64,000 nucleotides of DNA, taken from the NCBI GenBank assembly GCA_963724895.1, contig CAVRWE010000002.1, positions 138,629 through 202,628 of the forward strand, read 5' to 3'. A program made the translations under genes and the position numbers. The DNA is from an uncultured Actinomycetes bacterium. Its GTDB lineage: Bacteria > Actinomycetota > Thermoleophilia > Gaiellales > Gaiellaceae. This document shows positions 54,573-62,102 of this stretch, piece by piece (position 1 is the stretch's first letter; every line of letters begins with the position of its first letter). The notes beneath the pieces were generated by a model. The model did no database searches and was not told the origin of the DNA. It saw nothing but the letters and a program-made list of their open reading frames with translations.

Positions 54573-55676
54573 TTAGTGCGGCATGTCGAGCACGGGCTTC
54601 AGCACCTCGCCCGAGTACGCGGCCTCCATCGCCTCGTTGACCTGGTCGAGCGGGAACCGTGTGATCAGCCGCTCGAAGGGGAACCGGCCCTGGCGGTTGA
54701 GCTCGATCAGCGCGGGAATCGTGATGTCCGCGCGCCCGTCGCCCCCGAGCGTGCCGCGTATCGTCTTGCCCCAGAGCGTCGACATGTGGTCGAGCGTGAA
54801 CTCCGCCTCCGCCGGCGCGCCGCCGATCAGCACGCAGATGCCGCGCATCCCGACGGAGTCCGCCGCCTGGCGGACGACCGAGATCACGCCGGTGCACTCG
54901 AGGCTCGCGTCCGCTGGGCCGCCCAGGATCTCACGGACGGCGTGCACCGGATCCGTCTCGCTCGCATCCACGACGTCCGTCGCGCCGAGCTCCTTCGCCA
55001 GCTCGAGGCGCGACGGATGGAGATCGATCGCGACGATCTTCGTGGCGCCGCTACAGCGCGCTGCCATCACGCCGGCGAGCCCGACCGTGCCGGCCCCGTA
55101 CACGACGATGCTCGACCCGGGCCCGGGCTTCACGACGTTGAAGACGGCCCCTGCCCCGGTCATGAGCCCACAGGCGAGCGGGCCTACCAGGTCGATCGGT
55201 GCGTCCTCGGGAACGACGATCAGGCTTCGCGCCGGCGCGATCGAGTAGCTCGCGAACGACGACTGCCCGAAGAAATGGCTGTGGAGCGCGCTTCCGTCCG
55301 CGCGGCGCAACGCGGTCGACCCGTCCGCGCGACCGCCGCGGAACGCGAGCGGGCCGATGCTCGTGCAGAAGAACCGCTGGCCGTCGAGGCAGTTGCGGCA
55401 GGTGCCGCACCAGGGCCAGCCGATGACGACGCGATCGCCCTCCCGGACGCTCGTGACTCCCTCTCCGACCGCCTCGACGATCCCCGCGCCCTCGTGGCCG
55501 AGCACGCCGGGGAATGGAAACGGCAAGGCGCCCTCGCGCGTGATGCCGTCGGTGTGGCAGATGCCGCTCGCGACGATGCGGACGAGCACCTCGTCTGCAC
55601 GCGGCTCTTCGACCTCGATCTCCTCGATGGTGAAGGGTGCGTGGTGCTTCTCGACGACCGCGGCGGTTGCGCGCAT
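54573..55676 (-). CDS. Zn-dependent NAD(P) alcohol dehydrogenase (aryl/benzyl-alcohol dehydrogenase-like MDR)
   Basis: It carries GICHTD, GHEGAGIVEAVG, structural-zinc Cys residues (WCGTCRNCLDG...FC) and the Rossmann motif VYGAGTVGLAG. Confidence 0.88.
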   Translation of the reverse strand: MRATAAVVEKHHAPFTIEEIEVEEPRADEVLVRIVASGICHTDGITREGALPFPFPGVLGHEGAGIVEAVGEGVTSVREGDRVVIGWPWCGTCRNCLDGQRFFCTSIGPLAFRGGRADGSTALRRADGSALHSHFFGQSSFASYSIAPARSLIVVPEDAPIDLVGPLACGLMTGAGAVFNVVKPGPGSSIVVYGAGTVGLAGVMAARCSGATKIVAIDLHPSRLELAKELGATDVVDASETDPVHAVREILGGPADASLECTGVISVVRQAADSVGMRGICVLIGGAPAEAEFTLDHMSTLWGKTIRGTLGGDGRADITIPALIELNRQGRFPFERLITRFPLDQVNEAMEAAYSGEVLKPVLDMPH

Positions 55677-55726
55677 CAGGACCCCTTCCGTTCAGGTGAG
55701 AGCCGTGTGTCATACCACCTGACCGC

Positions 55727-56659
55727 GTGTCACGCGGCGCGCATAGACTCGAGGTCGTGGGGAGCGGCCGGCAGACGTACGCGCAGGCGGGCGTCTCGCT
55801 CGCGACCGCCGGGGCCGTCGTCGACCGGCTGCGAGCCGCGGTCGAGTCGACCGGGGCCACGGGCTTCGGCGCCTTCGCCGGTGTCCACCCGCTCGACGAG
55901 CAGCGTCTGCTCGCGGCCTCGACCGACTCCGTCGGGACGAAGCTGATCCTCGCGCGCGCCCGCGGGCGGCTCCGTGCGTGCGGTGCCGACCTCGCGGCCC
56001 ACTGCATCAACGACGTGATCGCCACGGGCGCGGAGCCCTTGATCCTGCTCGACTACTTCGCCGCCAACCGGATCGACGTGGAGCAGGTCGCCGAGCTCGT
56101 GGAGGGAGCCGCCGACGTGTGCCGGGAAGCGGGGGTCGCGCTCGTCGGCGGCGAGACGGCGGAGCTGCCGGGGATCTACCGCGAGGGCGAGCTCGACTTC
56201 GCCGGCACGTGCGTGGGCATCGTCGATCGAGAGCGCCTGATAGACGGGTCGCGCGTGGCGGAGGGGGACGTCGTCGTGGGGCTTCCGTCCGCGGGCGTGC
56301 ACGCGAACGGCTTCACGCTCGTGCGCCGCGTCCTGGAGGAGGACGACTACGACGGCGAGGATCTTCTCGCGCCGACGCGGTGCTACCTGGAGGACGTCCG
56401 TAGGTTGCGCGACCACGCGCACGCCTTCGCGCACGTCACGGGCGGTGGCATCGACGGAAACCTCGCGCGCCTCGTCCCCGACGGGCTCGCTGCACGCATC
56501 GACTGGGACGCCTGGGAGCGTCCCCCCGTCTTCCGCTGGCTCGCGCGACACGTCGCAGAAGACGAGTTGCGGCGCGTGTTCAACCTCGGGATCGGCTACT
56601 GCGCCGTCGTGCCCGCTTCGGGCGACGACCTCGTCATCGGCAGGATCGAGGCGGCGTGA
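55727..56659 (+). CDS. purM: Phosphoribosylformylglycinamidine cyclo-ligase (AIR synthase)
   Basis: It carries TYAQAGVSL, STDSVGTKL, DLAAHCINDV, GGETAELPG and HVTGGG. The start is GTG 55727 or the in-frame GTG about 30 nt downstream. Confidence 0.92.
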   Translation: MSRGAHRLEVVGSGRQTYAQAGVSLATAGAVVDRLRAAVESTGATGFGAFAGVHPLDEQRLLAASTDSVGTKLILARARGRLRACGADLAAHCINDVIATGAEPLILLDYFAANRIDVEQVAELVEGAADVCREAGVALVGGETAELPGIYREGELDFAGTCVGIVDRERLIDGSRVAEGDVVVGLPSAGVHANGFTLVRRVLEEDDYDGEDLLAPTRCYLEDVRRLRDHAHAFAHVTGGGIDGNLARLVPDGLAARIDWDAWERPPVFRWLARHVAEDELRRVFNLGIGYCAVVPASGDDLVIGRIEAA

Positions 56660-57210
56660 TCGGCGTTCTCGTGAGCGGAGAAGGAACCAATTTGCAGGCA
56701 CTTCTCGATGCACGTCTCCCGGTCGCCGCGGTCGCGTCGAATACGCCCGGCGTGCGCGCGCTCGAGCGTGCCGGCGCAGCGCAGGTGCCGGCGGCAGTCT
56801 TTTCGCTCGCCGACTACGCGAACCGCGAGGCGCGGGACGCGGCGATGGCCGACTGGCTCGTGGCGCACGGCGCCCGGCTCGTCGTGTGCGCCGGGTACAT
56901 GCACCTGCTCACGCCTCCGTTCCTCGCCCGCTTTCCGGAGGGAGTCGTCAACGTCCACCCGGCGCCGCTGCCCGAGTTCCCGGGAGCTCACCCGCTCGAG
57001 GACGTCCTCGCGGCGGGCGCTGCGACTGCGGCGGCGACGGTGCACTACGTCGACGAGGGCGTGGACACGGGAGCGGTGATCGCGAGCGAGCCGGTCCCGG
57101 TGCTTCCGGGCGACACCGTCGACTCGCTGCGGGAGCGCGTCCACGAGGTCGAGCACCGCCTCCTGCCGAGCGTCGCCAGGAAACTGATACAGGAGTTGAT
57201 CGAGGCGTGA
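56656..57210 (+). CDS. purN: Phosphoribosylglycinamide formyltransferase
   Basis: GTG overlaps the purM stop. The product carries IGVLVSGEGTNLQAL, CAGYMHLL, NVHPAPLPEFPG and VHYVDEGVDTG. Confidence 0.92.
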   Translation: MIGVLVSGEGTNLQALLDARLPVAAVASNTPGVRALERAGAAQVPAAVFSLADYANREARDAAMADWLVAHGARLVVCAGYMHLLTPPFLARFPEGVVNVHPAPLPEFPGAHPLEDVLAAGAATAAATVHYVDEGVDTGAVIASEPVPVLPGDTVDSLRERVHEVEHRLLPSVARKLIQELIEA

Positions 57211-58748
57211 AGATCGCCCGGGCGCTCCTGTCCACGTACGACAAGTCCGGGCTCGCGTCGTTCGCGCGCGGCCTCGCGGAGCTGGACGTCGAGCTCGTCG
57301 CGAGCGGCGGGACGGCCGGCTTCCTCGAGGACCTCGGGCTCCAGGTGACGCGGGTCGAGACGCTCACCGCGTTCCCCGAGATGCTCGGCGGGCGCGTGAA
57401 GACGCTCCACCCGCGCGTCCACGCGGGAATCCTCGCGAGACGCGACGTGGAGGAGGACGTGCGGGCTCTCGAGGAGCAGGAGATCGAGCCGTTCGACCTC
57501 GTCTGCGTGAACCTGTACCCGTTCGAGTCCGCGGCGGGTGGTCACGGCGTCACCGAGGAGCAGGCGGTCGAGCTCATCGACATCGGCGGGCCTGCGATGC
57601 TCCGCGGCGCGGCCAAGAACTTCGCCCACTGTGCGCCGGTCTGCCGTCCGGAGGACTACGAGGACGTGCTCGAAGAGCTGCGGACGAGCGGCGAGCTCTC
57701 GGACGAGACGCGGCGCTCGCTCGCCGCCCGTGCGTTCGCCGCGACCGCCGCGTACGAGTCGGCGATCGCGCGCTGGTTCGGCGAGCGGGAGACCTTCCCC
57801 GACACGCTCACGCTCGCGTTCGACAAGGTGCTCGACCTCGCGTACGGCGAGAACCCGCACCAGCGGGCGGCCTACTACGGGGAGCGCGGCGTGCGCTCGC
57901 AGCTCCTCTCGCGCGTCGAGCAGCGACACGGGAAGCCGCTCTCGTTCAACAACCTGAACGACCTCTCCGCTGCGCGCCTGCTCATGCGGGAGTTCCAGCT
58001 GCCGGCGTGCGTGATCGTGAAGCACGCGAACCCGTGCGGGGTCGCGGTCGCGGCCTCGATCGAGGAGGCGTACGCGCGCGCCCTCGCCGCGGATCCGGTG
58101 TCCGCGTACGGCGGCGTGGTCGTCCTCAACCGACCGATTTCCGCGAGGCTCGGCATCTCCCTGGCCGGCCAGTTCGTCGAGGTCCTGCTCGCGCCGGGCA
58201 TCGACGAGCAGGCGCTCGAGGTGCTCGTCCGCAAGCCGTCCATCCGCATCCTCGACGACACGGAGCGGCGCGCGCCTGCGGAGGCGGAGCGGGACTACCG
58301 TCGCGTGCTCGGCGGCCTGCTCGTGCAGGACCGGGACTGGGACGTCGCGGAGCGGGACGGGATGGAGGTCGTCGGCGGGACGCTCTCCGAGGACCAGTGG
58401 GGCGACCTGCTCTTCGCCTGGCGGGTCGTGAAGCACGTCACGTCGAACGCGATCGTGCTCGCGAGCGGTCTCCGGACGATCGGGGTCGGAGCGGGACAGA
58501 TGAGCCGGGTGGACGCGGTGCGGATCGCCGTGGAGAAGGCGCGTGAGCTCGGACACGACGTCTCCGGGGCGGTGCTCGCCTCGGACGCGTTCTTCCCGTT
58601 CGCGGACGGCCCGCAGCTGGCGCTCGAGGCGGGTGTCGGCGCGTTCATCCAGCCCGGCGGCTCGAAGCGGGACGACGAGGTTGTTCGCGCAGTCGAGGAC
58701 GCCGGCGCGGCGATGGTCTTCACCCACCGACGGCACTTCAGGCACTAG
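57207..58748 (+). CDS. purH: Bifunctional AICAR transformylase / IMP cyclohydrolase
   Basis: GTG 57207 overlaps the purN stop. The product carries ALLSTYDKSGL, GGRVKTLHP, DIGGPAMLRGAAKN, KHANPCG and FIQPGGSKRD. Confidence 0.95.
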   Translation: MKIARALLSTYDKSGLASFARGLAELDVELVASGGTAGFLEDLGLQVTRVETLTAFPEMLGGRVKTLHPRVHAGILARRDVEEDVRALEEQEIEPFDLVCVNLYPFESAAGGHGVTEEQAVELIDIGGPAMLRGAAKNFAHCAPVCRPEDYEDVLEELRTSGELSDETRRSLAARAFAATAAYESAIARWFGERETFPDTLTLAFDKVLDLAYGENPHQRAAYYGERGVRSQLLSRVEQRHGKPLSFNNLNDLSAARLLMREFQLPACVIVKHANPCGVAVAASIEEAYARALAADPVSAYGGVVVLNRPISARLGISLAGQFVEVLLAPGIDEQALEVLVRKPSIRILDDTERRAPAEAERDYRRVLGGLLVQDRDWDVAERDGMEVVGGTLSEDQWGDLLFAWRVVKHVTSNAIVLASGLRTIGVGAGQMSRVDAVRIAVEKARELGHDVSGAVLASDAFFPFADGPQLALEAGVGAFIQPGGSKRDDEVVRAVEDAGAAMVFTHRRHFRH

Positions 58749-58760
58749 CGCCCTCGCGGG

Positions 58761-59060
58761 TCAGGCGATGTGCTCCTCCTCGTTGAGGATGTGCGCGAAG
58801 CGCGAATGTGCCTCCTCGAGCTCGATCGTCCGGCCCGCCTCGAGCTCCCGGCGCAGGTCGAGCAGCAGCTGCGCGACCTCCGGGCGGCCGTCGAGCTCCG
58901 CCTCGATCCGGCCGAGCACGCAGCCGCGATCCCAGAACGCACAGCTCTCGCCGGGACAGCGCTCGGCATGACCCTCGGCGATCAGCTCGATCGTGCAGAG
59001 GGGTCGGTGCGTCGGCTCGCTTCACACGGTGACCGTGGCAGCCGTCCCGTCCGAGCCCAT
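58761..59060 (-). other. 99-codon ORF with an in-frame TGA at codon 13: candidate selenoprotein gene or disrupted small Cys-rich gene
   Basis: My own translation (not in the ORF track) is MGSDGTAATVTV-TGA-SEPTHRPLCTIELIAEGHAERCPGESCAFWDRGCVLGRIEAELDGRPEVAQLLLDLRRELEAGRTIELEEAHSRFAHILNEEEHIA*. The part after the TGA has clean protein-like sequence, but its only in-frame canonical start is the GTG of CVLG, about 40 codons downstream of the TGA. Confidence 0.4.
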
Positions 59061-59128
59061 CGGCGCGCCCGCGGATCCGGCTACGGGAAGCTACTGACGC
59101 CCAGCTACTGACACCCAGCGAGACGAGC

Positions 59129-59659
59129 TCAGAGCTTGGCGACGGGGTCGCCGGGGCGGACGGCTCCCGGCTCGACCACGCGCACGTACATGCCGCGCAG
59201 CCGGAGCGCCCTTCCGGGCGGCTGGTTGACGAACCGGATCGCCGCAGGGCCGAAGCGCTCCGTGAACTTGGCGCAGCCCGTGTGCGGGACGTCCGTCACT
59301 TCGACGACCGCAGAGCCGATCCGAAGACGCGCTCCCACGGGGAGGTTCTCCGGGCTCAGGTCGAGGTCGACGTAGAGCTGGTCGCCTGCGAGAGGCCAGC
59401 GATCTCGGCCTCCTGCGATCAGCTCGATCGCGCGCGCGTTCATCAGCGTGAGCTGCCGGTCCGGGCGGTCGCCGTCCTGCGTGACCCAGTCGTCCCCCAC
59501 GAGGCCGTGCTCCGCGTCGAGCATGCCCTCCTCGAGCACCTCCCGCTCGCCTTCGGCCGGCCTCCGGACGACGAGCTCGACCGTGCCCGGTGTTGCCGGC
59601 GCCTCGCGGATCCAGGCGAGCCCGGCCTCGAGCGCCTCCGTTTCGACGTACGCCGACAT
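59129..59659 (-). CDS. MOSC domain-containing protein
   Basis: 176 aa. The MOSC beta-barrel core reads RQLTLMNARAIE...GDQLYVDLDLSPENLPVGARLRIGSAVVEVTDVPHTGCAKF (conserved Cys). Confidence 0.8.
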   Translation of the reverse strand: MSAYVETEALEAGLAWIREAPATPGTVELVVRRPAEGEREVLEEGMLDAEHGLVGDDWVTQDGDRPDRQLTLMNARAIELIAGGRDRWPLAGDQLYVDLDLSPENLPVGARLRIGSAVVEVTDVPHTGCAKFTERFGPAAIRFVNQPPGRALRLRGMYVRVVEPGAVRPGDPVAKL

Positions 59660-61112
59660 GGGCTGGGGACGGTACCGGAAGCGCTATACGCTTCGGCCCG
59701 TGGCCCGCCGGGAGTACCCCACCGTCCTCGAGCTGGTCGGGAGGACGCCGATCGTGCGGCTCGAGCGCTTGAGCCGCGACGTTCCCGGCGAGCTGCTGGC
59801 GAAGCTCGAACACCTGAACCCCGGCGGCTCGGTGAAGGACCGGATCGGGCTCGCGATGATCGAGGCCGCCGAGCGAGACGGGAAGCTCCGTCCGGGCGGG
59901 ACGATCGTCGAGCCGACCTCCGGAAACACCGGCGTCGGCCTCGCGATGGCGGCGGCCCTCCGCGGCTACCGGTGCATCTTCGTCATGCCGGACAAGATGA
60001 GCCAGGAGAAGATCTCCATGCTCCGCGCCTACGGCGCGCAGGTGGTCATCACGCCGACCGCGGTCGACCCGGACTCGCCGGAGAGCTACTACTCGGTCTC
60101 CGACCGGCTCGCGGAGGAGATCCCCGGCGGGTTCAAGCCCGACCAGTACTCGAACCCGGCGAACCCGGAGGCCCACTACGAGACGACCGGGCCGGAGCTC
60201 TGGGAGCAGACGGACGGCGGAGAGGTGGACGCGATCGTCATCTCCGTGGGGACGGGCGGCACGATCACCGGCGTCGGCCGCTACTTCAAGGAGCGGAAGC
60301 CGAACGTGCGGATCGTCGCCGTCGATCCGGAGGGCTCGGTCTTCACGGCCGACGAGGCGCATCCGCCGGGCCCGTACCTCGTCGAGGGCATCGGCAAGGA
60401 GCGCTGGCCGCACACGCTCGACCCGGACGTCGTGGACGAGTGGGTGCGCGTGTCCGACCGCGACTCGTTCGTCACGGCCCGGAGGCTCTCGCGAGAGGAA
60501 GGGCTGCTCGTCGGCGGCTCGTCGGGCACGACGGCCTGGGCCGGGATGGAGGTGGCGAAGCGGCTCGGACCCGATGGCCGCGTGCTTCTCCTGTTCCCCG
60601 ACAGCGGCCGCTCCTACCTGTCCAAGTTCTACGACGACAACTGGATGATCCAGTACGGGTTCCAGGAGCGGACGGTCCCGCCGCCCGCGATCGAGGAGGT
60701 CCTCCTCTTCCGACGCGCCGGCCATGACGTCCCCGATTTCGTCACCGTCGGCTCGCACGAGAAGGTCGGCGCCGCGATCGACACGATGCAGCAGTACGGC
60801 ATCTCGCAGCTGCCGGTCGTCCGCAACGAGCCGATCGACTCCCTGGCGGACGTCGTCGGGTCGCTCCATGAGCGCGCGCTGCTCGACCGCGTCTTCCGGA
60901 ACCCGGACGCGCTGAGCGAGGACGTCGCCGTCGCGATGCAGCCCCCGTTGCCCGCCGTCGACGCGGACGCGTCGCTCGACGAGGTCTACGAAGGCCTCTC
61001 CGGAGGGAGCGGCGCGGTGGTCGTGGTCCGCGGCGGACAGCCGGCGGGGATCGTCACACGGTCTGATCTGCTGGAGTTCCTCGCGGCGCGGCGGTCGCAG
61101 GTCGACGCCTAG
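59658..61112 (+). CDS. Cystathionine beta-synthase (PLP fold-type II domain plus tandem CBS domains)
   Basis: It carries TPIVRL...KLEHLNPGGSVKDRIG (PLP Lys), EPTSGNTG and GTGGTITG, then a C-terminal CBS pair. The start is ATG 59658 (overlapping the MOSC start as CATG) or the in-frame GTG 59700. Confidence 0.88.
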   Translation: MGWGRYRKRYTLRPVARREYPTVLELVGRTPIVRLERLSRDVPGELLAKLEHLNPGGSVKDRIGLAMIEAAERDGKLRPGGTIVEPTSGNTGVGLAMAAALRGYRCIFVMPDKMSQEKISMLRAYGAQVVITPTAVDPDSPESYYSVSDRLAEEIPGGFKPDQYSNPANPEAHYETTGPELWEQTDGGEVDAIVISVGTGGTITGVGRYFKERKPNVRIVAVDPEGSVFTADEAHPPGPYLVEGIGKERWPHTLDPDVVDEWVRVSDRDSFVTARRLSREEGLLVGGSSGTTAWAGMEVAKRLGPDGRVLLLFPDSGRSYLSKFYDDNWMIQYGFQERTVPPPAIEEVLLFRRAGHDVPDFVTVGSHEKVGAAIDTMQQYGISQLPVVRNEPIDSLADVVGSLHERALLDRVFRNPDALSEDVAVAMQPPLPAVDADASLDEVYEGLSGGSGAVVVVRGGQPAGIVTRSDLLEFLAARRSQVDA

Positions 61113-61989
61113 GGCTCTCTGCCCGGACCGCCACGTACACAGCGCCCACGACGAGCAGCGCTCCGGCGAGCGTCCACGGGCTCGGGCGCTCGTCGAGGAA
61201 GAGCATCCCGAGCGTGATCGCGACGAGCGGGTTCACGTACTGGTGCGTAACGACGAGGGAGATCGGCGCGACGCGCAGGAGCCACGCGTACGCCGTGAAG
61301 CCGACGAGCGACCCGGCGACGACCAGGTAGGCCCAGGCGAGGACGGAGTCGATCGCGAAGGTCGAGCTGCCGACCTCGCTCCACTCACCGGCCGCGAGCG
61401 CGCCGAGCGCGAGGAGCAGGCCGCCGAACCCCATCTCGTAGACCGTGGTGACGAACGGGTCGCGCGGCAGCGGCAGCCAGCGGGTCAGGAAGGACCCCGT
61501 CGCCCAGCTGAGCGAGGCGGCCACCATGATCGCGAGCCCGACTGCGGTCGACCCGGCGCCGAGGCCGGGCGCCACGACGAGCACGAGGCCGGCGAGGCCG
61601 GCGAGCGTGCTCAGGCGCGTGGCACGGGCCGGGTTGTCGCCGGCAGCGAGGCGCATGGCGATGATCTGCAGCGGAACCGTGCCGGCGATCATCGCCGCGA
61701 CGCTCGAGTCGATCCGGGTCTCCGCGACGTGCACGAGGCCGACGCCGAAGCCGAGGAGGAGCGACCCGGCAACCGCGCTCGCTCCCAGCTCGCGGCCGCT
61801 GATCCGGAGCCGCGTCCCCCTGACGACGAGGATCGCGGCGAGGAGCCCGGCCGCGGTGAGGAAGCGGGACCCGGCTGCGAGGAGCGGCGGCATCGTCTCG
61901 ACCGCGATCTTGATGCCGAAGTACGTCGATCCCCACACGACGTACACGATGAGCAGCGCGGCCCAGACGTGCTTCGCAGGGGCGGTCAT
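61054..61989 (-). CDS. EamA/DMT superfamily transporter
   Basis: From ATG 61989 the product reads MTAPAKHVWAALLIVYVVWGSTYFGIKIAV.... It has a 10-TM duplicated EamA pattern. The 3' end overlaps the CBS gene end by 59 nt in convergent orientation. Confidence 0.8.
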   Translation of the reverse strand: MTAPAKHVWAALLIVYVVWGSTYFGIKIAVETMPPLLAAGSRFLTAAGLLAAILVVRGTRLRISGRELGASAVAGSLLLGFGVGLVHVAETRIDSSVAAMIAGTVPLQIIAMRLAAGDNPARATRLSTLAGLAGLVLVVAPGLGAGSTAVGLAIMVAASLSWATGSFLTRWLPLPRDPFVTTVYEMGFGGLLLALGALAAGEWSEVGSSTFAIDSVLAWAYLVVAGSLVGFTAYAWLLRVAPISLVVTHQYVNPLVAITLGMLFLDERPSPWTLAGALLVVGAVYVAVRAESPRRRPATAAPRGTPADQTV

Positions 61990-62102
61990 GGAGAGGTGAA
62001 CGCGGAAGAGCGCACGAACGTGAGAACGCAGCGTCACGCACCGCTAGTCCACGCGGCCATTCGGATGGCTGCTCGTGTCGAGCGGTGGGGCTAATCCGCG
62101 GG

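Noticed and set aside
43404-55726. Calling the purF-purM wedge a mobile element or genomic island with defined ends.
   Set aside because: No integrase, transposase, tRNA target or flanking direct or inverted repeats were recognisable by eye, and the GC content looks similar to the flanks. I report it only as an insertion-like interval.
56445-58748. A 767-aa ORF suggesting a much longer PurH.
   Set aside because: The first ~250 codons overlap purM and purN out of frame and are Arg/Gly-rich. PurH homology begins at GTG 57207 (VKIARALLSTYDKSGL), which overlaps the purN stop.
58770-59111. A plus-strand 113-aa ORF in the purH-MOSC gap.
   Set aside because: The minus-strand frame across the same DNA gives much more protein-like sequence (the TGA-containing ORF 58761..59060). 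The plus-strand product is Arg/Leu/Ala-rich and lacks a ribosome-binding site.
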